IMG/VR virus record: IMGVR_UViG_3300023179_000041
Coordinates: 42,279 to 106,278 of that record
Length of the DNA: 64,000 nt
Source: a virus
Strand: one strand, 5' to 3'
Shown here: positions 48,928-58,593 of the stretch, one piece after another
Position numbering within the stretch: the first letter of the stretch is position 1
Layout of the letters: each line of letters begins with the position of its first letter
Notes under the pieces: model-generated
Told to the model about the DNA's origin: nothing
The model's database searches: none
Seen by the model: the letters and a program-made list of their open reading frames with translations, nothing else
Translations under genes and position numbers: made by a program

Positions 48928-49331
48928 ACGGATATACCGAAACAAACGGATATACCGAAAAACGCGGAACCAAGTACGAAGACGTCGCCTATCTGTCTGA
49001 CGCAAACGACAGTGGCGTCACATTTACAGAAGGCAAAAGCCTCATCACTTTGTGGAACCACCACCAAACGTGGCACTTCGTAGAGGTAAAGCCCTATCTT
49101 TCTCAAAATCTGTTCCGTGTTTACATAGCCCGCAACGCATACGATGAGCAGTCATACGCGCGGCTAGAAAAGTTCATGGGTTCTGGCTGGGTCAAACTCC
49201 ACGAAATAGGAATCAACGGGACTCCTGCTGCACAGGTTTCATACATTCAGAAGTTGGGTCGTGTTGATATAGAACTATTCCGCCGCACCGCAGATATTTT
49301 GTGGGACATAAAGGCGTTCATGAATGAGTAA
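48924..49331 (+). CDS. hypothetical protein
   Basis: ATGA overlap; AY..QSYA. Confidence 0.6.
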   Translation: MNGYTETNGYTEKRGTKYEDVAYLSDANDSGVTFTEGKSLITLWNHHQTWHFVEVKPYLSQNLFRVYIARNAYDEQSYARLEKFMGSGWVKLHEIGINGTPAAQVSYIQKLGRVDIELFRRTADILWDIKAFMNE

Positions 49332-49464
49332 AGAAACGCGATATTGCGAAGCGGGATGCGGTTATAAGTTGCCAGAAGAATACGGCGACGACGAGACCAT
49401 CTGTGGAGCCTGTTTGGACAATCCTGAATCTTGGGAAGAGTCAGACTTGACATCCGTAAAATAA
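49324..49464 (+). CDS. small Cys-containing protein (46 aa)
   Basis: CxxxC...CxxC; overlaps previous stop. Confidence 0.5.
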   Translation: MSKETRYCEAGCGYKLPEEYGDDETICGACLDNPESWEESDLTSVK

Positions 49465-49481
49465 CTGTCATACTTGACGAC

Positions 49482-49567
49482 GCGGCTGAGGCTTTCCTTC
49501 CTTGTGCCTCAGTCGTCGGGTGCGCGGCCCGTCCAGGTTCTTAATCCCTTTCTGTCCTGGGCGGGCC
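49482..49567 (+). ncRNA. candidate two-hairpin sRNA with anti-SD loops
   Basis: TTGACA(49447)...TGtCATACT promoter; loops TTTCCTTCCTTGT and TTCTTAATCCCTTTCTGT; G-U pairs on + strand. Confidence 0.55.
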
Positions 49568-49695
49568 CCCTGACCCCAAGGGAACGGCCTGCCGGTATAA
49601 ATAAATCCATTATTCGAGGAACACCATTTTTTGGGGCAGGGACAAAAACTCGGCAGCAAGATTCACAAACACACAACGGGGGCCCGGGCCGAAAG

Positions 49696-49716
49696 TTATC
49701 CACAGGCTGTGGAAAA
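49696..49716. promoter_or_regulatory. inverted pair of DnaA boxes
   Basis: TTATCCACA-GGC-TGTGGAAAA. Confidence 0.7.
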
Positions 49717-49882
49717 ATAATTCTTGAAATAGGTTGGCATTTGGGTATTCTCCCCCTATATTGGTATTACCAACGTGAACGAAATAAATATTCGCGATGG
49801 TGGTTGCGAAAGCAACGGCAATGTGATACACTTAGTAATAGCAATACCAACCCAAATAACCAAACACAGAAAGGCAATAGCA

Positions 49883-50926
49883 ATGTCCAAAGAAACTATG
49901 GAGTGGCTCAACTCCAACATTCTCGTCGGGTTCACCGCCGAGCGTGGGAACGCGTGGCACTACCGCGCCGACCTACAAGGTTCAGAGCCAAACCACTACG
50001 AAGGCGCGATTCCGACCGACGATATTCTTCGTCGGCTCTTCGCGTGGTCGGCAGTATCGGCTCCCGTTTTTGTTCGTGTCCCCGCGACACTTGAAGACGC
50101 GACCTCAACCGATGACGAAGGCAATCCAATCAAGTTCATTCGCGTAGAGCGTCAAGCAATCTTGCGCTCAGATACCAACGAACTGATGGAAATCTTCGGC
50201 AACGACTATCGCTCGCACCAATACGGCGAGTGGCTCGTTCAGAACCTTGCGAACATCGTTGATGGAAATATCAACTTTGGCTCGGCAGGGCTCTTGAAGA
50301 ACGGCGCAGTTGCGTTCGTCTCGTTGGAAATGCCAGAGTCAGTAGAAGTGTTGGAAGGATTCTCAGTCCGACCGCACCTACTCGCGACTACTTCGCACAA
50401 CGGAATGTTGGCAACGACCTACAAGAGCGTTTCTACATTCGTCGTGTGCGATAACACTCACGCGATGGCGATGAGCGAAAACACGAGTCAGTTCAAGACC
50501 CGACACAGCAAGTATTCGGGAATGAAGATTCAGTCTGCTCGTGACGCTCTTGGTATCGTTCACAAGATGACGGAAGATATCGTCGCGGAAGTGACGAAAC
50601 TGTCCGAAGTCAAAGTGACCGACGCAGAATGGCAAAAAGTGCTTGAAGCACTCGCGCCTATTCCGTCGCTTGCGAAAGACGAAAGCAACAAGGCAGCAGT
50701 GACGCGCGCAGAGAATAAGCGCGCCGAACTTGTCGGTCTTTACAACTACGATGTTCGCGTGGCACCGTGGAAGGGTTCAGCACTTGGAGTTCTTCAAGCG
50801 TTCAACACTTACAACCACCACATCGTCGGCAACGACAAGAACCGCGCCGAGCGCAATCAAATGAACGCGCTAATGGGCAAGACCGAGCAGAGTGACCGAA
50901 AGGTTCTCCAACTTCTCGGAGTCTGA
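49883..50926 (+). CDS. DUF932 family (phage/plasmid-like) protein
   Basis: AWH, SAGLL..G, LLATTSHNG, VVCDNT, RH. Confidence 0.85.
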   Translation: MSKETMEWLNSNILVGFTAERGNAWHYRADLQGSEPNHYEGAIPTDDILRRLFAWSAVSAPVFVRVPATLEDATSTDDEGNPIKFIRVERQAILRSDTNELMEIFGNDYRSHQYGEWLVQNLANIVDGNINFGSAGLLKNGAVAFVSLEMPESVEVLEGFSVRPHLLATTSHNGMLATTYKSVSTFVVCDNTHAMAMSENTSQFKTRHSKYSGMKIQSARDALGIVHKMTEDIVAEVTKLSEVKVTDAEWQKVLEALAPIPSLAKDESNKAAVTRAENKRAELVGLYNYDVRVAPWKGSALGVLQAFNTYNHHIVGNDKNRAERNQMNALMGKTEQSDRKVLQLLGV

Positions 50927-50958
50927 CCGCGTACAGGTGGGGTGCGAAAGCACCCCAC

Positions 50959-50972
50959 CGAACACGCGTTCG
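50959..50972. promoter_or_regulatory. LexA (SOS) box, actinobacterial type
   Basis: CGAAC-ACGC-GTTCG. Confidence 0.65.
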
Positions 50973-51290
50973 GGCCGCGAGCGCGCGGCGAGGCCGGGAA
51001 CAGGGACCGACGAACCGGACATGCCAGGGTCCAAGGGAACGGCGCAGCATAAGAATAAAACCATTGGTAATGGAACACCATTTCTTGGGTCGGGAGCAGG
51101 AGCAGGTTTACAGCGCACCGGCGCATAGCAAAACTGTTAGGCAAGCCTTACAAAAGAAACTTTGCACAATCTCAGTTTCGGGTTGCGCACCACACCCCAA
51201 GTGTGGTACAGTATAGGTATGGGGTTAGCACCCCAGAAAATAATTCAGAATAAGGTTGCGAAAGCGACTAGAATGTGATACAGTATAAGT

Positions 51291-51517
51291 AGTGGGAAAC
51301 CACTACGGAATCACTAACAACATACGGATAGCATTACCAGTCACGCGTTGTATCACCAGCGATGTGCGAGAGAAGTGCCGCGGCACCCACTCAGTTCCTC
51401 TCCTGCGATGAGCCGCCTCTGCTAGTCCCTGCTATCGGCGGCAACCAGACTTGCTATCTGGTGGGTCGCAACGAAATGGGCAACGACGGTTGCTGTTGGT
51501 GGTTTCGTAGTGGTTTC
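51291..51517 (+). ncRNA. candidate ~225-nt structured ncRNA
   Basis: own promoter; 24-bp 5'/3' stem whose three deviations are all G-U pairs; internal hairpins. Confidence 0.7.
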
Positions 51518-51609
51518 TGACTGCGATAGGTTGCGAAAGTGCCTAGCGTGTGATACAATCTAAGTAGTGGGCAATCCCGCCCACTACAAACACAAGGAAA
51601 GGCAACACA

Positions 51610-52062
51610 ATGAGTACCATCAGCAATACGACGGAACTGAGCGTGGGAGAAATCGTCTCACTGCTCGGCGCAAACTGTCTCAACACCAACCCGACTATCG
51701 GCACTGCCCCCACAAAGGCTCGTGTCGCACCCGTAGCGTTCCACGACGGACACCCAATCTGGGTCAAAGACTTGGAACAGCGTGGCGGAGATGTGTACGA
51801 CCTGCTGGATACAATCACCCCCGACGAGTCTGCGAACTATTACGGGGTCATTACGGCTGGTTGGGCTTCGCCCGTTGGAGACAACGACCACCTGCCACCG
51901 TCTCAGCACCCTGAGCGTCGGCGTGTGGAGTTGCTGGTCGTCGTCAATCGTGACGGCTCAATAGCAAGCGCACTCTCAATGTCGGGCAACGACGAACTGA
52001 TTATTGACGAAGGCAAAGCGCACGGCGCACTTGCCGACGCAGTTCTCGGTATCTTCGCCTGA
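51610..52062 (+). CDS. hypothetical protein
   Basis: GWA.P...PSQHPERRRV; promoter, SD and 3' hairpin. Confidence 0.75.
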   Translation: MSTISNTTELSVGEIVSLLGANCLNTNPTIGTAPTKARVAPVAFHDGHPIWVKDLEQRGGDVYDLLDTITPDESANYYGVITAGWASPVGDNDHLPPSQHPERRRVELLVVVNRDGSIASALSMSGNDELIIDEGKAHGALADAVLGIFA

Positions 52063-52071
52063 GTCAGTCGG

Positions 52072-52095
52072 GCTGGTGGGCAACCCCCACCAGCC
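52072..52095 (+). terminator. recurrent 3' hairpin GGCTGGTGGG-N-CCCACCAGCC (variants near 50935, 54635, 55519, 56913, 58538, 60105, 60495)
   Basis: same GC hairpin after many cassette genes; usually no U-tract. Confidence 0.65.
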
Positions 52096-52169
52096 CACAA
52101 CTCGGCCGGCAGGGGCAGAATCTTCCAAACAAAGTTGCAAAGCAACAGAAAGTGTGATACACTAGAACT

Positions 52170-52382
52170 ATGAGCACAAACACCGAAATCAAATATCCAG
52201 AGATAACAATCCCGCTTGAGGGCGAGGACGGAAATGCGTTTGCAATACTTGGGCGTGTTAGCCGTATCGCCAAGCAGGAGGGTGTCTCAAAAGAAGAGAT
52301 TAAAGCGTTTATGGATGAGGCGATGAGTAGCGATTATGACCACCTTCTCCGCACCGTGATGCGCTGGTTCTCGATTACCTGA
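52170..52382 (+). CDS. conserved small protein (GEDGNAFAILG family), leaderless
   Basis: LEGEDGNAFAILGRV...DYDHLL. Confidence 0.8.
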   Translation: MSTNTEIKYPEITIPLEGEDGNAFAILGRVSRIAKQEGVSKEEIKAFMDEAMSSDYDHLLRTVMRWFSIT

Positions 52383-52638
52383 GTTCGCTTCTACGGGATT
52401 GCACACACACCTAGGTGGTCTCCGTAGAACGAGGGCAGGGGCAGAGTATTCACTTTCTCTGTCCCTGCCCGACTCTCAGGTTGCAAATTCAGAAAAACCG
52501 CTACGCTTTAGTTCTTCCCGAGTTGAGTTCCCGGCGGGCCTTTTCCTCGGGAAGGCGCAGGGGCAGGGCACGGGCCTCCGTAGTCCCTGCCCCTCGCAGC
52601 AGGTTGCAAATCAACAGAAACTGTGATACAATATAACT

Positions 52639-52806
52639 ATGAAACCAAACCACTACTACGCACCATTCAAAAACTTTGAAGGCTGGGAAGTCTGGCTTTA
52701 CAGCGGGACAACTCGCCTAGACCGCATCTCTGGCCCTCATCAAGACCGCATCGCTGCCGAAAGAGCAGCAGCGCGTTTGATGAACGAAGAGTTGCTAAGT
52801 CAGTAA
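52639..52806 (+). CDS. small protein (55 aa), leaderless
   Basis: ATG 7 nt after TACAAT; below ORF track cutoff. Confidence 0.6.
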   Translation: MKPNHYYAPFKNFEGWEVWLYSGTTRLDRISGPHQDRIAAERAAARLMNEELLSQ

Positions 52807-52852
52807 ATAAGTGATACAATAGAGATAACACAACAAGAAAGGCACAAACACA

Positions 52853-53344
52853 ATGGGATACACGCACTACTGGGTACGAGACAAGCGCAATGTCGGCTCG
52901 GCTTGGATGTTCGGCAAACTTGCCCTAGACACCAAGAAGATTATTGAGCAGGCAAAGTCAGAAGGCATAGAAATATGCGGACCTCTTGGCAAAGGCGAGC
53001 CCGAGTTCACCGAGGCACACTTCTGCTTTAACGGAACCGAAGTCGGCGGACTTGACCACGAGACCTTTTGGTGGGAAGCACTGCCAACTCAGCCCGACTA
53101 CCAATACGAATACAAGAAAGGCACCGACCGTGAGAATGAGATTTTTGAGTTCTGTAAGACTGCTTACAAGCCGTATGACTTGGTGGTCGTGGCAGTTCTT
53201 CTCAGGGCTAAATACTGGTACGGAAATGTCGTAGATGTTTTTTCTGATGGTGGCTGGGATAGCGACTGGAAAGAAGGGCGAGCCTTCTACGAGCGCATCT
53301 TTGACGAAGTCGCACAGTGTCCACGAGACGAGGTGTCGGCGTGA
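52853..53344 (+). CDS. conserved phage protein (MGYTHYW family)
   Basis: MGYTHYW...FNG...HETF...FCKTA.KPYD.VV...SDG. Confidence 0.8.
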   Translation: MGYTHYWVRDKRNVGSAWMFGKLALDTKKIIEQAKSEGIEICGPLGKGEPEFTEAHFCFNGTEVGGLDHETFWWEALPTQPDYQYEYKKGTDRENEIFEFCKTAYKPYDLVVVAVLLRAKYWYGNVVDVFSDGGWDSDWKEGRAFYERIFDEVAQCPRDEVSA

Positions 53345-53505
53345 CGCGCCTCTATCGAGATATGGTCCACTTCGGCACCGAGGACTCATTCGACGCCTTT
53401 AAGCGGAAAGTAAACGATTACTACGACTGGTGTCTACGACTTGGTCGAGACCCCCAAAACGACGAGAACTGGATTACGTACCACGAGATGATGGCCAACG
53501 CTTAG
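53341..53505 (+). CDS. small hypothetical protein
   Basis: GAGG SD; GTGA overlap. Confidence 0.55.
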   Translation: MTRLYRDMVHFGTEDSFDAFKRKVNDYYDWCLRLGRDPQNDENWITYHEMMANA

Positions 53506-53761
53506 TCCTTGGCTGGCCCGGCCTCATCCTTTCCGGGCCGGGCCGGCACCCAAGGGAATGGCGCAGCCTTAAATAAATCCGAATATCGAGGAACACCATA
53601 TTTTGTGGCAGGGGCAGAATTCATCAATTGCTTATTAGCAAGTCGTGCAGATAAGCCGCAGGGGCCAAGGTCACTCTCCGTGGTCGAGCGGCCACCCTGG
53701 GCGGTCAGAACTTTTTTCCGTAGAAGTTGCCAACTGTCTAACAAACTGCTATAATCTAGGT

Positions 53762-54157
53762 ATGAGAACATACACACTCCCAAACATCAACCGTGAAGGT
53801 CGCGAATGTGACCCCACAGAACTTATCCAGCAAATCGGACTAATGAACCTCTACGCCATCTCTGGTGGTCTTTGGGGCTCTCTCCGTGACGCTGAGCAAA
53901 ACATAATCGGTGCGTGGCTGCCTGTCGGTCAAGGTCGTATGGTTGAGGTGTCGCTTGACTTTGACGACACCTACCGTGTCCGTTGCGTTCGCCGTGTTAT
54001 GCGTGGCAAGAACCGTAATCAGGGCATTATTGAGACCGAAGTAGTCGGTGTCTATTGCGACCAAGTGGGCGAGGCTGCCTATCAAGCGTCGTGCTGGCGC
54101 ACCAACAACTACCGAAAAGAAATCGCGTCACAGGTTGCCGACAGCGCAACGGTGTGA
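53762..54157 (+). CDS. hypothetical protein, leaderless
   Basis: QIG....AISGG...DTY.V...VYCDQ. Confidence 0.7.
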   Translation: MRTYTLPNINREGRECDPTELIQQIGLMNLYAISGGLWGSLRDAEQNIIGAWLPVGQGRMVEVSLDFDDTYRVRCVRRVMRGKNRNQGIIETEVVGVYCDQVGEAAYQASCWRTNNYRKEIASQVADSATV

Positions 54158-54212
54158 TACAATAGAGGTGTGGGGATAACCTCACGCTAAACCAAACAGG
54201 AAAGGCAATCAA

Positions 54213-54623
54213 ATGAGTAAAACAGTAAATGTTCGGGTCGCCAAGAGCAAGTTGCTCAAAGCCCTGAAAGAAGCACTTGACCGCAAGGTTGAGGAAGCGA
54301 ACAACCACGCCAAGGCTGAGAAGGCTCAGAAGCAGGCAATCGCAGACATCAAGAAGTCTGTCGCCGCGCTTGTGAAGTCTGGAAAACTCACGCCCAAAGA
54401 GGTGTCGTTTCCATACAACTATCACCGCTACGGCAACGAGGAAATCAACGAAGTCACCGTGACTTTCAGTCACAAGATTTCACTCCCCAAAATTGAGGGT
54501 TTCAGCGAGCACCGTAATCAGGAAGCGCAAGAGGAACTTTCTAACGCAATCCGAGTGCTGGAACTGTCCGACGAGGAGTATGTCCGTACTTCCTCATACG
54601 GCGCAGTAGCCAAGTATCTCTAA
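54213..54623 (+). CDS. coiled-coil protein
   Basis: promoter, SD and 3' hairpin. Confidence 0.75.
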   Translation: MSKTVNVRVAKSKLLKALKEALDRKVEEANNHAKAEKAQKQAIADIKKSVAALVKSGKLTPKEVSFPYNYHRYGNEEINEVTVTFSHKISLPKIEGFSEHRNQEAQEELSNAIRVLELSDEEYVRTSSYGAVAKYL

Positions 54624-54851
54624 GTGGTCAGCGAGGCTGGTGGGGCAACCCCCCACCAGCCCAGCCCCAAGGGAACGGCGCAAGGCAAAATAAATCCATT
54701 TATCGAGGAACACCATTTTTTGGGGCAGGAGCAGAAATCGCTTTCACCGGCCCCGGGCTTGTGAAAGTGTGAACAAGCACAAGCCGAATGTCACACAACT
54801 GTAATACTTCTCAGGTTGCCAAATGTCTAACACTATGCCTATAATGTAGTT

Positions 54852-55211
54852 ATGAACACCACACAAGGAACCAGCCCTAATGCTGGAAGCGCAATAGATA
54901 AGTTAGATGAGTTCACGGAATACTGCTTCGAGTTCTATCTGCTTGACCCAGAAAGACCGTCGCTGTACCCGTTTGCTCTGGATTGGGAAATCTGTCGTGC
55001 GGTAGTCGCCCACATGACTGACCCGAACCCGCTATTCCCGTTTGACGGTGATAGCGCAGACCGTGAAGCAGTCCGTGACCGTATTCTCGCAGACCGCCGT
55101 CTAATCGGCTGTGGCGAGACTAACTTCGACAAGGCTGTGGCAATGGGTCAGCACGGTATCCCGTCACGCTGGCGAACCTACGAACAGACGCTAGAAAAAA
55201 TCCTCAAATAA
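54852..55211 (+). CDS. hypothetical protein, leaderless
   Basis: FDGDS.DRE.VRD. Confidence 0.7.
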   Translation: MNTTQGTSPNAGSAIDKLDEFTEYCFEFYLLDPERPSLYPFALDWEICRAVVAHMTDPNPLFPFDGDSADREAVRDRILADRRLIGCGETNFDKAVAMGQHGIPSRWRTYEQTLEKILK

Positions 55212-55287
55212 GGTTGCTGTTCTGCCCCACATCTGGTATTCTGTAGATGTGGGGCAGAAGCACCACCAACACAAGAAAGGCAAGGAA

Positions 55288-55512
55288 ATGGAAACAGAAA
55301 TCCAGAAGCCACGACAAGCGGCAACGCTCTACTCGTGGAACACAGCCATTGACCAAATCAAAGTCAGGGTGAACGGCGGTCACTTAGAGGTTCGCATTGG
55401 TGACCTCTCTATCGTGATGAGCGCAGTCTCAGGCGAGCAGGTGCTCGACCTTGCGGCGGCGTTCAGTCAGGTGGAAGTCACCGACACCGTCACCAAGACC
55501 GTCAGGGTGTAA
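55288..55512 (+). CDS. small hypothetical protein
   Basis: promoter, SD and 3' hairpin. Confidence 0.65.
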   Translation: METEIQKPRQAATLYSWNTAIDQIKVRVNGGHLEVRIGDLSIVMSAVSGEQVLDLAAAFSQVEVTDTVTKTVRV

Positions 55513-55673
55513 GTGGTGGGCTGGTGGGGTGAAAGCCCCACCAGCAAACACCCAGCCGATAGGCCGGGAATAGGGGCCGACGAAAATAATCGGCCGCCGA
55601 GTTGCGAAAGCGTCTTGGGTGTGATACAATAAAAGTGTAAGGTAAACCAACAACAGAAAGGTAAGAAACAGAA

Positions 55674-55940
55674 ATGGCAAATGTTCCAGTCCCGTTTCAG
55701 GGAACCAAAGAAGAGGCTGAGGCTAACTACCTCACGCATTCGTGGTGGTCGTTTGACGGCACGCCCGTTTGCGGAGAATGTGACGCAAAGGCTTGGCACC
55801 AAGCGGCCAACTACCCTTGCGGCACCGAGCCTGAGCGTCTTAATGTCGCAGACCTATCAGAGTGGGCAGCCCTAATCAAGGGTGAAATCACGCTGGCAGA
55901 GTTGCGAGAGCGTGAAAAGTGTGATACAATAGAAGTATAA
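55674..55940 (+). CDS. small Zn-binding protein
   Basis: H.W...CxxCDA...YPCGT. Confidence 0.65.
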   Translation: MANVPVPFQGTKEEAEANYLTHSWWSFDGTPVCGECDAKAWHQAANYPCGTEPERLNVADLSEWAALIKGEITLAELREREKCDTIEV

Positions 55941-55996
55941 GGTCGAGTGCGGCTGGTGGGGTTCCTTACCTCCTTTCCCCACCAGCCCAAGACCTC
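55939..55996 (+). ncRNA. candidate hairpin sRNA with anti-SD loop
   Basis: promoter 55902-55930 with no gene downstream; loop TTCCTTACCTCCTTT. Confidence 0.55.
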
Positions 55997-56091
55997 CCCA
56001 CGGCAGGGCCGACAGGGGCAGAATCGCAGAAAGGCAGGTTGCAAAACGCGAACAGATGTGATACACTGGAAGTATGAGGAAAGGAAAAACA

Positions 56092-56328
56092 ATGACCAAG
56101 AAAATCAGGCAATACCGATACGAGCCCGTCGGACTGGATGTCTTTGACGCTCGCCCGCATCAGCCAAAGCGTGGAACCCTCGTGGTGAAGTGCTCAGGCG
56201 GAATGGGTGCGCCAAAGAACGGAACGATGGGTCACTCGTTCGTGAAAGACGCAGTGACAGGTGAGTTCTACGGCCTCGTGCTGAATAACTCACTGAAGCC
56301 CGCTGGCCTCGTCCCTACCTCACGGTAG
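56092..56328 (+). CDS. small hypothetical protein
   Basis: G.P.NGTMGH...GLV..NSL. Confidence 0.65.
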   Translation: MTKKIRQYRYEPVGLDVFDARPHQPKRGTLVVKCSGGMGAPKNGTMGHSFVKDAVTGEFYGLVLNNSLKPAGLVPTSR

Positions 56329-56440
56329 GGCGAGTGCCGCCCGGAGGCAAACTTTGCCGCCGAGGTTGTCAAACAGCAAAATAGGTGATACAATTTAAGT
56401 AGTGGGGCAAAAGCACCACCTAACAGAAAGGAAGTAAACA

Positions 56441-56905
56441 ATGCCATTGACATGGGATATCGGAAACACAAAGGCTTACGCCAAAGACCCTGACGGAATC
56501 TGGGTGAAAGACGAGTACGGTCACACCACCGTACGCGCCGACATTCAGACGTTCATCTTCTGGGGTGGCGTGGTCGGATACGGTCGCATCACCGAAGCAA
56601 ACGCTGCCGACTACTACGGTCGGTCAAAGGCTGTTGAGGCTCTGATGCAAAACTCAATGATGCACGAGTGGAGAGAAGATGGCGAACGCCACAACCTCTA
56701 CATCACTCCAGAGATGGTAGATGAGATGGTCGGACTCAGCACCAACCACAGCACCTACAGCATCACCGAGTGGGCAAACCGTATTGCGAAGTACGGAAAC
56801 AACGTGGTCGAGATGCCAGCAAAAGTCATCAAAGCCATCGTGACCACTGAGTCGTGGAACTACGAGCAGTGGGTCAAAGCCCAGAAAGAGTTAGTCACAG
56901 CCTGA
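56441..56905 (+). CDS. hypothetical protein
   Basis: MPLTWD...ITE.N...GLSTN. Confidence 0.75.
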   Translation: MPLTWDIGNTKAYAKDPDGIWVKDEYGHTTVRADIQTFIFWGGVVGYGRITEANAADYYGRSKAVEALMQNSMMHEWREDGERHNLYITPEMVDEMVGLSTNHSTYSITEWANRIAKYGNNVVEMPAKVIKAIVTTESWNYEQWVKAQKELVTA

Positions 56906-56962
56906 CGGGTCTGGCTGGTGGGGAACCACCCCACCAGCCGATGCCCGGAGGCAGAGGAAAAA

Positions 56963-57163
56963 ATGAACTACATCATCAAACTCGAAACAGCCGTGGGCGA
57001 AATCTGCCTCGGCCCATACTCAAAACTCAGTGAGGCGCTCAGAGTGGCAAAAACCAGGGGGCAAATCATTGCGGTCATCAAACCCACAAAACTAAACGCA
57101 GTAGATATTCAGGCCATGACCGAAGCAGAGTTGCTAAAACTCCTAGAGTGTGATACACTGTAA
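56963..57163 (+). CDS. small hypothetical protein
   Basis: GAGGA SD. Confidence 0.55.
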   Translation: MNYIIKLETAVGEICLGPYSKLSEALRVAKTRGQIIAVIKPTKLNAVDIQAMTEAELLKLLECDTL

Positions 57164-57187
57164 TTATCCAACAAGAAAGGAAACACA

Positions 57188-57340
57188 ATGAGCAAGACAA
57201 CGTGGTGGGAGCATCTCCCAGAAGACATCCAAGAAGGCAAAGCGCCGCTTACAGAAGACGACTTCTGGCAAGCAGTAGCCGATGCCAACGACCTTGATGT
57301 CTCCGAGATAGCAGATGGAGACGTCATCGAGTGGCTCTAG
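57188..57340 (+). CDS. small acidic protein (50 aa)
   Basis: promoter and GAAAGG SD; below cutoff. Confidence 0.6.
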   Translation: MSKTTWWEHLPEDIQEGKAPLTEDDFWQAVADANDLDVSEIADGDVIEWL

Positions 57341-57623
57341 CCAAGTGGGGTGAGTGGCCGGCGTGGTCACTCACCCCAAGGCTCGGGAGCCCAAGGGAAC
57401 CGCCCCGAAAACAAAAATTAAACCATTTCTGACGGAACACCATTTCTTTGCCGGGGGCAAAAACAAGGTCGCGGGCTTGTGAAAGTTCGTACTATCACTT
57501 GTTAGGCACGCCTAACACCTATTGTTACAGTTGTGTAACAAGTGTCGCACAATGCGAGGAAATCTACCCCACCAATGGTATGCTTAGAGTGTAAGGTAAA
57601 AACAACAACAAGGAGAAAACACA

Positions 57624-57794
57624 ATGAGTGAAGTGAACGTCACCTACCTAACATGGGACGAAGTACCAGAAGAAATCCAATGGGAATACTACGAGCGCAT
57701 AATGGCGAAGACGTGGCACCCATGCGACCGCATGAACGAAGACAAGGCATGGAAGTACGCCGAAGAACTATGGGAAAACGAAAACGGTAGGTAA
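57624..57794 (+). CDS. small protein (56 aa)
   Basis: AAGGAG SD; below cutoff. Confidence 0.6.
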   Translation: MSEVNVTYLTWDEVPEEIQWEYYERIMAKTWHPCDRMNEDKAWKYAEELWENENGR

Positions 57795-57859
57795 CTCCGT
57801 TACACCCATAAGGCATAATGAGAGTGTAAGGCAATAACAAAACAACAAGGAGAAACCCA

Positions 57860-58132
57860 ATGAGAATAGAAGTAACCCAACTCAACTCAACGGCAGTGAG
57901 AAAACTCACTTACGTTCTGGGTGCTATTGACCCAGCCGAGACAGACGAAAATAACGAACTCACCTATGGTGAACTAGTTATTGAGTACGCCAACGGTAGC
58001 GAGTATGTCTACTACGACGTAATGCTCGGCGTGTTCACTGACCTACTCAATGCGAAGAGCATTGGGCGAGCCGTGAACGAAGACATAAAGCCGACCCACC
58101 GCTACGACAAACTCGCAACGGTAAACGCCTAG
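57860..58132 (+). CDS. KTSC domain protein
   Basis: STAV..L.Y...L.IEY.NG..Y.Y.DV....F..LL.A.SIG...N..IK. Confidence 0.75.
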   Translation: MRIEVTQLNSTAVRKLTYVLGAIDPAETDENNELTYGELVIEYANGSEYVYYDVMLGVFTDLLNAKSIGRAVNEDIKPTHRYDKLATVNA

Positions 58133-58306
58133 TAGCAAACGGGTGTAACACAGTTAGCAATAACTGTGTTACACCCCCACGCTAAAATGGGAGTGTGGGA
58201 GAGAACTGCGTTAGCCCAGGGGCAAAACTTTCAGACGAGGTTGCGAAATCACTAGAAGTGTGATACACTTAGAGTGTAAGGTAAACCAACAACAAGGAGA
58301 AACACA

Positions 58307-58528
58307 ATGGGAACATACAGCAACCTGCCCCCGGGCGTCAGCGTCAGCGACCTCCCGGGCTGGCACGACATTACGGCAGAGGTAGAGATTATCTGCCCAA
58401 ACTGCGGCCACCAGTATTGGGAAGAACACGAAATTGACGGGCGTTGCGGATACACAACAGATGTCGAGACCCAGTGCCCAAACTGCCTACGCAGGTGGGA
58501 GCACCCAGTAACCGTGTCGCTTGACTGA
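58307..58528 (+). CDS. small Zn-ribbon protein
   Basis: NLPPGVS..DLPG; two CPNC. Confidence 0.7.
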   Translation: MGTYSNLPPGVSVSDLPGWHDITAEVEIICPNCGHQYWEEHEIDGRCGYTTDVETQCPNCLRRWEHPVTVSLD

Positions 58529-58579
58529 CCGAGCGCAGTGGTGGGGCGCAAGCCCCACCCGAACGCGCAGGGGCAGAAT

Positions 58580-58593
58580 CGAACAGGTGTTCG
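58580..58593. promoter_or_regulatory. LexA (SOS) box
   Basis: CGAAC-AGGT-GTTCG. Confidence 0.65.

Noticed and set aside
49474-50094. 206-aa ORF and other ORFs crossing intergenic repeats (e.g. 53509, 59525, 60646)
   Set aside because: They run through hairpins, repeats and promoters, lack SDs and have low-complexity composition.
51291-51517. Retron msr-msd or hammerhead ribozyme
   Set aside because: No reverse transcriptase in the window; CTGCGATGAG...CGAAA does not fit the hammerhead core and stems.
53593-53607. Repeat core ACACCATATTTTGTG as an NrdR box
   Set aside because: A few copies resemble it, but most have T at the conserved central A, so it is not supported as the general function.
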